A DNA stretch of 32,000 bases from Candidatus Iainarchaeum sp. (GCA_037441475.1 JBBISB010000001.1:126418-158417); one strand, 5' to 3'; shown: positions 1 through 9,730, numbered from the stretch's first letter. Numbers and translations: made by a program. Notes: generated by a model not told the origin, from the sequence alone.

Positions 1-47
1 AATGGAACTGCTCCAAAAAAACCTTTTTCTTTATTTAACATAATCAT
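1..47 (-). CDS. 5' end of a downstream gene leaving the window (partial: MIMLNKEKGFFGAVP...)
   Basis: Reverse complement of 47..1 reads ATG ATT ATG TTA AAT AAA GAA AAA GGT TTT TTT GGA GCA GTT CCA. Its ATG (47-45) overlaps the TGA stop (46-44) of the upstream 120-aa ORF, the typical ATGA coupling. Only 15 codons are visible, so identity is unknown; the start could also be the internal ATG at 41-39. Confidence 0.5.
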   Translation of the reverse strand, partial: MIMLNKEKGFFGAVP

Positions 48-406
48 CTACCAGGAGGTCTTCCACCCATTTTTTTCACCAATTGGTTTCTAGCAGCATG
101 TTCTGTAGCTCCAGGAGTACCATTAGTTTCCATCTTCTTACCCATCATCTCTTCAGCAGAACCACCAGCACTTATGAAGAAGAAATCAACAAAGATACCA
201 GCTACACCTACTGATAAAAGAATATAGAAGATATAACCTACTTTAAAGACAGGCCAGAATAAAAAGACCATAACAATTACAGTTACACTTATTAAGACTA
301 AGGCAAAGGTATTATGTGTAACCCTTCTTCTAATAAAGGCTATGATTGTAAGTATTAAAAATAACTGCAAAATAAAATCAAAGTCTTGTAAAATATTTAA
401 ATACAT
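44..406 (-). CDS. Small integral membrane protein, 120 aa, ~3 predicted TM helices, polar Gly/Pro/Arg-rich tail
   Basis: Complete ORF with hydrophobic stretches FILQLFLILTIIAFI, TFALVLISVTVIVMVFLFWPV and VGYIFYILLSVGVAGIFVDFFFI. AGGTTATA lies 4 nt upstream of the ATG. Same strand as all other genes. Confidence 0.75.
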   Translation of the reverse strand: MYLNILQDFDFILQLFLILTIIAFIRRRVTHNTFALVLISVTVIVMVFLFWPVFKVGYIFYILLSVGVAGIFVDFFFISAGGSAEEMMGKKMETNGTPGATEHAARNQLVKKMGGRPPGR

Positions 407-410
407 TTTC

Positions 411-418
411 TATAACCT
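411..418 (-). promoter_or_regulatory. Shine-Dalgarno-like AGGTTATA, 4 nt from ATG
   Basis: Minus strand AAAGGTTATA-GAAA-ATG. Confidence 0.5.
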
Positions 419-453
419 TTTTTTTTAAATTAATTACCATCAGGGCTTCCACC

Positions 454-3400
454 TTAAGGATTTGATGTTGTTGGACAATTGTAAGTAAGGGAAGATATAT
501 TATCTAAAATACCTTCATTTTCGGATACTGTGAAATTTACTTTACTATCAATCCACTTAATATATGTTCTACTTGGAGATTTATAAATACATGCTTTTTC
601 TTGTTTTATATACTCAAATAAATCTTCGACTGTTCTAAGGTTTTCTAAATTATTACCAACCTCATGATCAGAACTTGAAAATAAAATATTTGAAGTTTGA
701 TTAACTCCTGAAGGATTTCCTTTTGTAAACACTTTTGTGTTAGGGTTATTATTAAGTTCATTTATTTTAAAATACATTGAAGAAATATTAAGTGCTGTTG
801 GAAGATATAACATTGTGTTAATATCTATGTTACTATCTAAAACATTCTTTGTATCTAAAATATATCTTGTTTCTTCTATTCCACTATAACGCATATCCTT
901 ATAGATTTTATCCTCTTTATACCATGTTAAAAAGCTATGTCCAATAACACTATTAAGTGAAGACTCATTATCTAAAAGAGAATATGAAAAATTATTATCC
1001 TTAAGACATGCAAGATGTGAAAAGATTGGTATAGGATAAGATGGAGTGTATGTCATCTGTATGTAATCATCAGGAAGAGATTCAAGGAATAATATTTTAC
1101 CTTCAGATTTAATTGTATTTCTTAAACCTGTTAAGGAATTATTATTAATTAATTTAAGTTCTTTAATAGGAGAGTTTACATTTGTATAATTGATGTTTAC
1201 ATCTTTGTTTAAAATAACAGAATCTTCACTAATTACCTTCACACCATAACCATTTCTTGTACCATCTTTATTTAAATTACCATTAAACGGCATATAATGG
1301 AAGACATTAAGCTCTGTTGATGGAAGATCTAATTCCTTTATTAGATTTATGTGTATGAGCTGATCTGAAATTGTTCCTTTGTAAGCAGTATTATTTGTAT
1401 TACCATAAACCATAACTTTGTAAATACCAGGAGTGTATACTTTTAAGTTAGGGTCATTATTAATAACTATCTTAAATTTACCTTGATTTACAGCTGCTAC
1501 AGAAAAGATATCTGTATGTGGCTTATCATATGCATTGTATATTGTAGTAGGATGACCAATAAAGTCTTTTAAAAGATCATCAGAGATACCATCATTCATT
1601 AATTTGATATAGAAGGCTTCAGTTACACCATTTTCTATCTTATTGAATATTGAAAGAAGCATTTGAAGAGAATCACATGCATATTTACTACTCATATTAT
1701 TAGAAGAATCACCTATACATTTAGTCTTCCAAGATCCTGAATCTAAGGCCTTTTCACCCCAGTTAAAGAAAACCTTTGGAAGATTTGCTTCTCCTGTATA
1801 ACAAGACTCTTTCTGAGCTTGACAATAACCTAAAATAAAAATATCACTACCTATTTCTTGACCACCAACACCTAAACAATAATCAAAGGTGATATCTCTC
1901 TCTGTTTCATCAAGAGCTACCTTTGTAATTGTATAAGCTAAGGGCCTAGATTTATTAAAATCAGGAACAGCATTATTTAAAATCTTAAAATTAAAAAATG
2001 TATTTGTGTTTCCTGTAGTTGTATCTTCAGTTAATGAAGAAAAATTATAATAGTAATTAATATTTCTATTAAAAGCTTCTTTTGTAAGGTTAAGAGTAGA
2101 AGATAAATTATTAACATTTATATTTTGATCTTCTGGAACTAAAGTTAAAGAGGTTAGAAGAGTGATGTCATAGTTATCTGTATTCTTTTTAAAAGAATAT
2201 TTTTTATTTTCACTACAATCACTTAAAGTACAGTATATTAAAATATTATTATCTATAGAAAAAACATCTACTAGGGAAGAAGAATCAAATACCTTTAAAT
2301 TAACTTCTTCTGTAAAAGAAACTTCCTTTCCAGAAAGTAAGAAATTAAAGGTTAAAATAATGTTTCCTTGAGAAGGATAATTTCCTGAATAAGTATCATT
2401 AAATTTAAAAACAATAGGAATTACTTTACCAGAAGTAGATAAACTTTGATTTACTGAAGATGCAAGAGAGTTATTAAAGATTGATGAATCTATAAATGAA
2501 GGAAGAGCACTTGAGGTAATATTCTTTAAAACAGCAGAGGAGGATGAAGAAAAGTTATAATCAATACTTATGTTTGGATTAAGATCCTTTATAATCTCAA
2601 CAGTAAAAGTATTTTCATCCTTAAAGACACCTTTCTTAGGTGTTGGGTAAGATAAAGTGTAATTAATATTTCCGAGATTATTAACAGCAATAATAGTATT
2701 TGCATCTAACAAATATTGAAGAGAACCACCAATCTTTAAAATATTTCTATAACTATTGTTAAATATGCCAGACTGATTAACATCTTGGTTTAATATCAAA
2801 GAAGTAATCACTTTAGTTTGATTTAAAGTAATAGGCTTTGGAATATTGTTATTTAAAGACATGTTTGACTTAATTAAAGAATTATTAAAAATACTTGAAG
2901 AACCAGTAAAAGATAAATCCTCTAAATTTCCTGAAATATTTGTAGATTTAACAATAGTGTAATCTGTTTTATTAATATCACTAAAGACAACTTTATTGGT
3001 TAAAATATAATAGTTTGCAGAAGCATTTATTGAATCTTCTAAAATATTATACCCAGAGAATATCTTTTTAACTCTTGAAACTGTATTTCCTACAAATCCA
3101 AACTCAGGAGAAAATATAAAATAAAAATTAACGTTTTTATCAATATCTACAATATCAGCATAGATATTTTGATTTACTAAAACACCCTGAGCATTTGTTG
3201 AACCTAAAGGAATAAGTTCAGAACCAAATTTTTGGTATTTAACAATAACATCTGAAACTGGAGAGCCATAGTTATCAAGAACCTTAAAAGAAACATTATT
3301 TTCTCCTATTATTAATTGATCATTAAAAACATCTGTTGTAATTTCAAAAACAAAATTAACATCTGAATAATAGGAATAAACATTTGTATTTATGGTTGGA

Positions 3401-6400
3401 AAGTTTGTAAAAAGATTAGTAACTATCTTAGGTATTGAAAAAGTAGTATTTTCAAAGAAACCAGTAGGTCTAAATAAAGTATAAGTCCTTAAGAAATACC
3501 CTCTATTAATATCTACAACAGGAAGAGAGTAATTTACATCTTCAACGTTTATATGATAGTAAATACCTTGGTCTGTGGTGTTATTATCACTACCAGGAAG
3601 TTCTCCACCAAGTGTTAAAAAACCAGTTAATAATAAAGGAACAGTATTATTATTATCTTCAGACAAATCTCCTTGACTTGATGCTTGTTGAGGAGTTGAG
3701 TTTCCTAGAGAAGATAAATAACCATAACTTGAATACTTTAAATTATTGTTTGTGTAAACTGAAGTCTGTAAAGTTTTTCCATTTCTGGAAGTATTCTTAA
3801 GATATAGATATTCAACATCATACTTATAGTAATTATCAATAGAAACTGCATAACCATCTGCATATGAAGGAAGAACAGTTCCATTAAAGTCCTTTATTTT
3901 AGTTTGATAAATATAATCTGTATTTTCAAAAGGTATTAAATATTTGTTTGTCTTTGCATAGAAGTATCCATTAGGATAGATTGGTATAGAGTTCCAGGAA
4001 ACTGGTAAAGTAGGATCAAAGGAATAAGTTTGACCATAGATTGTTGAAAGACTTCTATAATTAAGGTTATAGTAATCAGTTGGGGCAATAGGAGTTTCTC
4101 TAAACTTAATGTTAACAGAAAATTCTAAGATGTTTGGTACTAAATCAATGAAATCTATTTTAACCCATTTGTAACCATCTCCTGAATAATTATACTGCTT
4201 ATCATTATTGTATGTTTGGTTAAAAGAAACTATATTAAAGTCAGGTATATGTTCTCCTGAAAACTTATACCCTCTTAAAACATCTACATCCTCTGAGATG
4301 ATGTCTTCAGAGACTAAGAAGATATATTCATCATCAATAAATGTTTGATTACCAGCTCTTATGAAAGCATACTTCTCTTCTGCATCTAAAAGACAAGAGG
4401 TGTATTTAAGTTTTACTTTATACTCTTTATCTAAACCGTTTTCTATAAAGTCAATCTTGTTAACAGTTGTTACACCTGATTTATCATAAAGACCTAAAAC
4501 ATCAAGCTTACCATTTTCACAGGAAGCTAGAGTTGATAAAGAAATTGTTTTAAAAATCTCTTGATCAGGAATTAAAGTTATTAGTTCTGTTTGGTAAGTG
4601 GTATAACCTGCAGAAGAAACTATAGCATACACTCTGTTTACTGAACCTGTAAAGTAATATTGTTTATTTGTATCACTATTAACAACCACATATTCAGTTA
4701 CTGGGTCATGCATAGCATCATAGAAATTAATGTCATAAGATATATTTGGAGTAACCTTAAGGTTTAATATCTTAGGAATATCCTTTAAATCAACTGAAAG
4801 TTTTAAGAAAGAATTAACATCTAGTTTTTTAATATTTGAAACTCCTTCTTTATCAACAACATTATGTATTGCATAAGCATAATAATCTCTATTTGCTCTT
4901 TGCATATTAAAGTTAACATCTCCAAATTGATTAGTAAATTTTGGTTCTAAGTTAACAAGATCAAAAGAATCATTTGTTTTTCTGTAAAGATATACCTTTG
5001 CATTAGAAATATTTGATCCTTCATTCTTAACATTAACACCAATCATTCCAGAGTTAAGTTCTGAAGAAAACTCTAAAGGTATAATAACATTTGTATCTAT
5101 TCCATTAACAACAAATGGATCTGGTTGAAGATAACCACTATCTTCTGTGTTTAGCACCCTTACCCTGTAATTGTAAAAATCAAGAACATTAAAGGTATAA
5201 TGGTTTGTATCTTGAGCAATGTGCTCTTGAATAGAATAATTATTATCTGTATCTTTTAATTTTGAATCTAAGATGATATCTGCATAAACAGGTGCACCGG
5301 TGTTTGCATCTTTTAAAGTTACTGAAATGTATCCTGGTCTTCCTATACTACATGTTCCATCTGCATTCTGTTTTAAGAAAGGTTTTAAATGTGGGTTTAA
5401 ACAGTCAATTTCTCCAGCTATACAATAATCTTGATATTTCAAGATACTACAGTCAAAGTCAAGAAGTTCTTGTAAAGTAAAAAGTCTAATCTCTGTGTTT
5501 GTGGTATTATTTTTTGTAACTGTAAAAGGACCTTTTAAAGGATGTGTTAAGTAACCTTCTTTTGAAATTGTTAAAAGATATTGTTTAGGCTCTAAAGAAA
5601 ATTCACCTAAACCATAAAGATCAGTTGTTTTTGAATCTAGTGGTAAAAGAACAGAAGAGGAAGAGTTATTGTAAACAGTTGCCTCTGAACCTGCAAGAGC
5701 AACTCCTGAAATGTTTTTAACAGAGAAACCTAATTTTCCTCTATCATTATTTATTCTTGTTAAGTTTACTTTATTGTTTGATTCAATAACTTTATTTGTA
5801 ACTGCTGAAAAATGATTTGAAGTTACAGAAACTCTTAAAGAACCACAAGCATATGGTGTGTTTACTATTACCTTGCCTGTTGACACTAAGGTAGTTTTAG
5901 GTGTTGGTGTTTTTTCTGTGTTTGAACAACTAAAGGTTACATTTAATGTTGAGTTTGTTATTAATGTGTTTTCATTCTCAACAAACATTATCTCTCTTTC
6001 TTCAGCAGGGTTTTGTGGAACTAATGGGTTTTTAGTATCTATTGGAAGATATACCTTCTGTCTTAAATTATTTTTATTTAATTTAAAAACATGTTCTGTG
6101 GGGTCATAGTTTTCTTTTGAGACTATTAAAGTTATGTTTTGTTTCTTTGACTTAAAGTCATAAAAGATAACTTCACCAAATACATCTGTACTTGCAAATG
6201 AAACATTCTTATCTTTAATCTGTAAAGTTACTAAAGCGTTGTTTAAAGGTACATTTGAAGGGTTATAAACCTCTACAGCAATCGTCCAAGATTTATTGAA
6301 AGACAATCCTCCAGAAAATATTAAATAAAATAATAATAATAAAATTACTAAAAATAAAATAAAACTTGGAAATACCTTGTCAATAGTATCTGTAAGTTTG

Positions 6401-6843
6401 TTTATAGGTATTACTTTACTTACACCATCAATCATCTTATAGTAGTTATCTTCAAAAAAGAAATACCCTCTCTTTAATGTATTTTTAACTCTTGTAAAAA
6501 AGCCTACTTTATGAACATCTTTTAAAGAAGCTTTACTTTTATTAATCTCAGAATCCTTCTTTAAATCCTTAACATCTATCTTTTCTTTAGAAACATTGTT
6601 TACTGATAAAGATATTTCCTTTAAAACTTCATCTCTTGAAAGTGTTTTTTTAGTTTCTTGTTTTAAAGGTAATTTATTATCAGTTATCATCTTTACAACT
6701 ATAGATGCTACTTTCTCAGAGTATCCTTGTTTCTTAATAGTTTCTTTAATCTCATCAATAGTGTAGTTACTGGTTTTGTCTGAAAGTAAAGCATATAGCT
6801 TTGCAGCTTCTATTTTTTCTTGAGATTTTTTAAATATTGACAT
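454..6843 (-). CDS. Giant N-terminally membrane-anchored surface protein A (2129 aa) with Ig/carboxypeptidase-regulatory-like repeats and the shared C-terminal module
   Basis: Long ORF. Cytosolic helical N-terminus (YTIDEIKETIKKQGYSEKVASIVV), then EDNYYKMIDG...LTDTIDKVFPSFILFLVILLLLFYLIFSGG anchor. Repeated beta-domain motifs such as GYISVTLKDANTGAPVYADIILDSK. C-terminal LPKVFFNW...YACDSLQ, YMPFNGNLNKDGTRNGYGV and EKACI. Confidence 0.85.
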   Translation of the reverse strand: MSIFKKSQEKIEAAKLYALLSDKTSNYTIDEIKETIKKQGYSEKVASIVVKMITDNKLPLKQETKKTLSRDEVLKEISLSVNNVSKEKIDVKDLKKDSEINKSKASLKDVHKVGFFTRVKNTLKRGYFFFEDNYYKMIDGVSKVIPINKLTDTIDKVFPSFILFLVILLLLFYLIFSGGLSFNKSWTIAVEVYNPSNVPLNNALVTLQIKDKNVSFASTDVFGEVIFYDFKSKKQNITLIVSKENYDPTEHVFKLNKNNLRQKVYLPIDTKNPLVPQNPAEEREIMFVENENTLITNSTLNVTFSCSNTEKTPTPKTTLVSTGKVIVNTPYACGSLRVSVTSNHFSAVTNKVIESNNKVNLTRINNDRGKLGFSVKNISGVALAGSEATVYNNSSSSVLLPLDSKTTDLYGLGEFSLEPKQYLLTISKEGYLTHPLKGPFTVTKNNTTNTEIRLFTLQELLDFDCSILKYQDYCIAGEIDCLNPHLKPFLKQNADGTCSIGRPGYISVTLKDANTGAPVYADIILDSKLKDTDNNYSIQEHIAQDTNHYTFNVLDFYNYRVRVLNTEDSGYLQPDPFVVNGIDTNVIIPLEFSSELNSGMIGVNVKNEGSNISNAKVYLYRKTNDSFDLVNLEPKFTNQFGDVNFNMQRANRDYYAYAIHNVVDKEGVSNIKKLDVNSFLKLSVDLKDIPKILNLKVTPNISYDINFYDAMHDPVTEYVVVNSDTNKQYYFTGSVNRVYAIVSSAGYTTYQTELITLIPDQEIFKTISLSTLASCENGKLDVLGLYDKSGVTTVNKIDFIENGLDKEYKVKLKYTSCLLDAEEKYAFIRAGNQTFIDDEYIFLVSEDIISEDVDVLRGYKFSGEHIPDFNIVSFNQTYNNDKQYNYSGDGYKWVKIDFIDLVPNILEFSVNIKFRETPIAPTDYYNLNYRSLSTIYGQTYSFDPTLPVSWNSIPIYPNGYFYAKTNKYLIPFENTDYIYQTKIKDFNGTVLPSYADGYAVSIDNYYKYDVEYLYLKNTSRNGKTLQTSVYTNNNLKYSSYGYLSSLGNSTPQQASSQGDLSEDNNNTVPLLLTGFLTLGGELPGSDNNTTDQGIYYHINVEDVNYSLPVVDINRGYFLRTYTLFRPTGFFENTTFSIPKIVTNLFTNFPTINTNVYSYYSDVNFVFEITTDVFNDQLIIGENNVSFKVLDNYGSPVSDVIVKYQKFGSELIPLGSTNAQGVLVNQNIYADIVDIDKNVNFYFIFSPEFGFVGNTVSRVKKIFSGYNILEDSINASANYYILTNKVVFSDINKTDYTIVKSTNISGNLEDLSFTGSSSIFNNSLIKSNMSLNNNIPKPITLNQTKVITSLILNQDVNQSGIFNNSYRNILKIGGSLQYLLDANTIIAVNNLGNINYTLSYPTPKKGVFKDENTFTVEIIKDLNPNISIDYNFSSSSSAVLKNITSSALPSFIDSSIFNNSLASSVNQSLSTSGKVIPIVFKFNDTYSGNYPSQGNIILTFNFLLSGKEVSFTEEVNLKVFDSSSLVDVFSIDNNILIYCTLSDCSENKKYSFKKNTDNYDITLLTSLTLVPEDQNINVNNLSSTLNLTKEAFNRNINYYYNFSSLTEDTTTGNTNTFFNFKILNNAVPDFNKSRPLAYTITKVALDETERDITFDYCLGVGGQEIGSDIFILGYCQAQKESCYTGEANLPKVFFNWGEKALDSGSWKTKCIGDSSNNMSSKYACDSLQMLLSIFNKIENGVTEAFYIKLMNDGISDDLLKDFIGHPTTIYNAYDKPHTDIFSVAAVNQGKFKIVINNDPNLKVYTPGIYKVMVYGNTNNTAYKGTISDQLIHINLIKELDLPSTELNVFHYMPFNGNLNKDGTRNGYGVKVISEDSVILNKDVNINYTNVNSPIKELKLINNNSLTGLRNTIKSEGKILFLESLPDDYIQMTYTPSYPIPIFSHLACLKDNNFSYSLLDNESSLNSVIGHSFLTWYKEDKIYKDMRYSGIEETRYILDTKNVLDSNIDINTMLYLPTALNISSMYFKINELNNNPNTKVFTKGNPSGVNQTSNILFSSSDHEVGNNLENLRTVEDLFEYIKQEKACIYKSPSRTYIKWIDSKVNFTVSENEGILDNISSLTYNCPTTSNP

Positions 6844-6858
6844 ATCTTTTCTTAATTT

Positions 6859-9309
6859 TTATTTTTTAAATAATGGTGTGAAAGGGAAGTTAAAAGAAGT
6901 TCCATCAATAGAACCTTCTATTCTGTAATTTTGATAATAACAAAAAATATCTTTCCCAGTTAAATCCATGTTAATATCATAATACCATTCTAAGTTGTTT
7001 AGGTTAAGCTTATATTCATAAAGATTTAATTTTTCATTTAAAACACCAGATATTGTTGCTTTGTTTGTGTAAAGTGGAAGGTGATTTTCTTTTGTAAAAG
7101 GGTTATAAAGATTATTTATTTTTGTAAAGGCAGAATTGTTTCTAGCATAGTATATCTTAAGGTTGTTTGCATTAATAGTTCCTTGCTTTGAAGAAAATAA
7201 AGTGTATGTTTGTGAAAATTTATTTGCAGAGCCTGTTGGAAAAACAGCTGTACTTTCAAAATCATAATAATCACAGATTGAACATTCTGCGTTTTGTGTA
7301 TAGTTTGTGCTAGGAGGTAAAAAGCCTTGAACCTCTCCTTGGTTTGCTAGATTAATAGAAATATTTCCTGAAAGATAATCAAGATTTTGTGAAGGTTTTT
7401 TAATGTAACAAGCGTTGTTTACTTTTATTTTTCTATTAGTTGTATCTCCTGTAATTCCATCTTCATTATAAGTAATACAACTATTAATACAAGAATTATA
7501 AATTAAATCATCTTCTGCTAACTGCTCTGGAGTACAAGTAAGTTCATTATCATCACTTTCTTTACATAAACGATTCTCTTGACATTCATTCATACACTCA
7601 TTATCATAATTAATTGTTGAAGAACTACTTAAAATAGTATATACTTTAAAAGGAAGATAACTTCCTGTCTGTAACTTTTGAATAACAACATCAGATTCAT
7701 TAGGATCAGGTAATCTTTTACTATTAACAACTAAATTAAAATTATTTGTTTTATTTATTAAATAATCAATAAAAACATTTTTTGTAACTCCTGAAACACC
7801 ATTAAATCCATTTATAGTTCCTTTTAAACCATGAACATTTGATTCTAAATTAATATTTATATTTCCTATGTTATTTAAAATGCCAATATCTAAATTAGAA
7901 AGAAGGCTACCGCCATCTCCTCCATTCCCTGCTTTACTTTCATCAGGATAATTGTTTTTACGTCCACCATCATTACCTTTGCCTGCTAAGGAATTAATAT
8001 TTAAGATACCGCTATTGTTGATACTACCTATCTGTTTAAAATCATTATTACAAACTAATTTATTAAATTGAGAATCCCATACAGTGTTACAAAAAAATAT
8101 ATTTCCTCCATAACCACCATTTCCCCCTTTAGCTTCATCTTTTCTAGAACCACCATCAAAACCAGTATTTCCTCCAAGTCCGCCTTTTCCTGCTAAAAGA
8201 TTTATACTAAGAAGTTGAGTATTATCAATAGTATCTTTTATAAAAAAAGAAATATGTCCACCATCTCCTCCATTTCCTCCGTTACCAGGTAAATTTCTAG
8301 AGGCACAATTATCAGGACTACTTCTTTTTGAAGAAGACCCATTTCCTCCATCAGCCCCATCTCCTGAAATTATTTTAAGATCAAGAGATCCATTATTCAT
8401 AATTTTATCTAAAATAAACTTAACTTCTCCAGCATTTCCGGCATTAACTCCATGAGCAGGAGGAGAATTAGTACGATTATTACCAGTACACTTTGGAGCA
8501 GTTTTACCCTTTCCTGAATCTGCTGATTTAAGAAGTATATTTAATGTCCCATAATTATAAATTGCATTATTATCAACATATACACTTCCACCTGATCTAC
8601 CAGGATCACAAATACCAGTTGGTTTTTTAGCTTCTACAGTAAGATCTAAAGCACTGCCTTCTAAAACAATTAAATTATTAAAATTAAAAGTTAAATCTTC
8701 TTTAATATATACTAAATCTCCTTCAGCCCAACTTACACAATAACTTCTTTCTTTAGTTCTCATTTCTATTTTAGAAGTTTTAGAAACAACTAAATTATTA
8801 AAATCAAAAGTAAAAGTTGCATTTCCAAGCTTATCGTTATTGTTTACAAAAATATCTATGTTCTTACCATTTGTGTTTAAAGAATCAATACCTGAAATCT
8901 TTAAAGAAGTTGTTGTGCTTGTAATCTCCATCTTTAGGTTTGAACCAAGTAAAACATTTACTTTTGTGTTTTCTTGACAAGAAGACTTTGTAAAAGATAG
9001 ATTACTAGTTAAAGACACGTCTGTTGGAGAAGGAACATATTCATCTACACAAGCTTGTGCACACTCTATATTTTGCGGAGAATAAAAATTACTACATCCC
9101 TCTAAGCAAGTATCAAGAGAAGGAGAAGTTGCATCAGAGCTGTTAAATAAAATAAAATTACATTCATCCCCCACACATCCAAAAGGAATGACTTTAAGAG
9201 ACGGAGAATTAACAGTAAGTGAACAACTATCAGAAAACACATATGACTGTACAAATAACAAAAGAACTACTAAAACCACAGTTAATATTATTTTTTTAAG
9301 CACACTCAT
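6859..9309 (-). CDS. Secreted protein B (816 aa) with Cys-rich patches and a glycine-loop repeat region (beta-helix-like)
   Basis: Signal-peptide-like N-terminus MSVLKKIILTVVLVVLLLFVQSYVFSDS. Repeated 'GxLxIxxxAGxGxxGG...GNGGxGG' units. CX3C patches CLEGCSNFYSPQNIECAQAC, CMNEC and CINSC. Confidence 0.8.
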   Translation of the reverse strand: MSVLKKIILTVVLVVLLLFVQSYVFSDSCSLTVNSPSLKVIPFGCVGDECNFILFNSSDATSPSLDTCLEGCSNFYSPQNIECAQACVDEYVPSPTDVSLTSNLSFTKSSCQENTKVNVLLGSNLKMEITSTTTSLKISGIDSLNTNGKNIDIFVNNNDKLGNATFTFDFNNLVVSKTSKIEMRTKERSYCVSWAEGDLVYIKEDLTFNFNNLIVLEGSALDLTVEAKKPTGICDPGRSGGSVYVDNNAIYNYGTLNILLKSADSGKGKTAPKCTGNNRTNSPPAHGVNAGNAGEVKFILDKIMNNGSLDLKIISGDGADGGNGSSSKRSSPDNCASRNLPGNGGNGGDGGHISFFIKDTIDNTQLLSINLLAGKGGLGGNTGFDGGSRKDEAKGGNGGYGGNIFFCNTVWDSQFNKLVCNNDFKQIGSINNSGILNINSLAGKGNDGGRKNNYPDESKAGNGGDGGSLLSNLDIGILNNIGNININLESNVHGLKGTINGFNGVSGVTKNVFIDYLINKTNNFNLVVNSKRLPDPNESDVVIQKLQTGSYLPFKVYTILSSSSTINYDNECMNECQENRLCKESDDNELTCTPEQLAEDDLIYNSCINSCITYNEDGITGDTTNRKIKVNNACYIKKPSQNLDYLSGNISINLANQGEVQGFLPPSTNYTQNAECSICDYYDFESTAVFPTGSANKFSQTYTLFSSKQGTINANNLKIYYARNNSAFTKINNLYNPFTKENHLPLYTNKATISGVLNEKLNLYEYKLNLNNLEWYYDINMDLTGKDIFCYYQNYRIEGSIDGTSFNFPFTPLFKK
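7790..8570 (-). repeat. Protein-level imperfect tandem repeats (~5 units, ~30-55 aa) with glycine-rich loops inside gene B
   Basis: Units such as NNGSLDLKIISGDGADGGNG...GNGGNGGDGGHISFFI, LLSINLLAGKGGLGG...GGNGGYGGNIFF and NSGILNINSLAGKGNDGG...AGNGGDGGSLLS. Confidence 0.7.
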
Positions 9310-9326
9310 ACATCTTCTTTTTTATT

Positions 9327-9704
9327 TTAATCAATTCTAAATAAAACATTTATATTTTTATTAGGGTTATCAACAGTGTTATAAAGTACATAATACCTAC
9401 CCATACCAGGCTCTCTTCTTAATTGTCTTGCAGAACCATCTACAGGTAACCTTAAGATTAAAAGATTATTATTTCTAACTGAAGGATTTAAGACGGATAT
9501 TGATTGAAATTGATATCCAATTAATTGTGAAAAGCTACCTTGTGAAAGCGAAGAAGGTAAGACAGGAGTAATAACATCTCCAGAGTCCCCCTTAATAACC
9601 CCAAAAACAAAAGGAGCAACATAAATATTTGTATCATAATCAACTGCAGAAATGAATGGAGAGAATAATAATAATGCGAAAAATAAATATAGATATCCCT
9701 TCAT
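9327..9704 (-). CDS. Small exported protein C (125 aa), unknown function
   Basis: Signal-peptide-like MKGYLYLFFALLLFSPFISAVDYD. AGGTTATA lies 4 nt upstream of the ATG. Embedded in the same-strand array with a 17 bp gap to the next gene. Confidence 0.7.
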   Translation of the reverse strand: MKGYLYLFFALLLFSPFISAVDYDTNIYVAPFVFGVIKGDSGDVITPVLPSSLSQGSFSQLIGYQFQSISVLNPSVRNNNLLILRLPVDGSARQLRREPGMGRYYVLYNTVDNPNKNINVLFRID

Positions 9705-9708
9705 AACT

Positions 9709-9716
9709 TATAACCT
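9709..9716 (-). promoter_or_regulatory. Shine-Dalgarno-like AGGTTATA, 4 nt from ATG
   Basis: Minus strand TTAAGGTTATA-AGTT-ATG. Confidence 0.5.
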
Positions 9717-9730
9717 TAAATATATTATAA

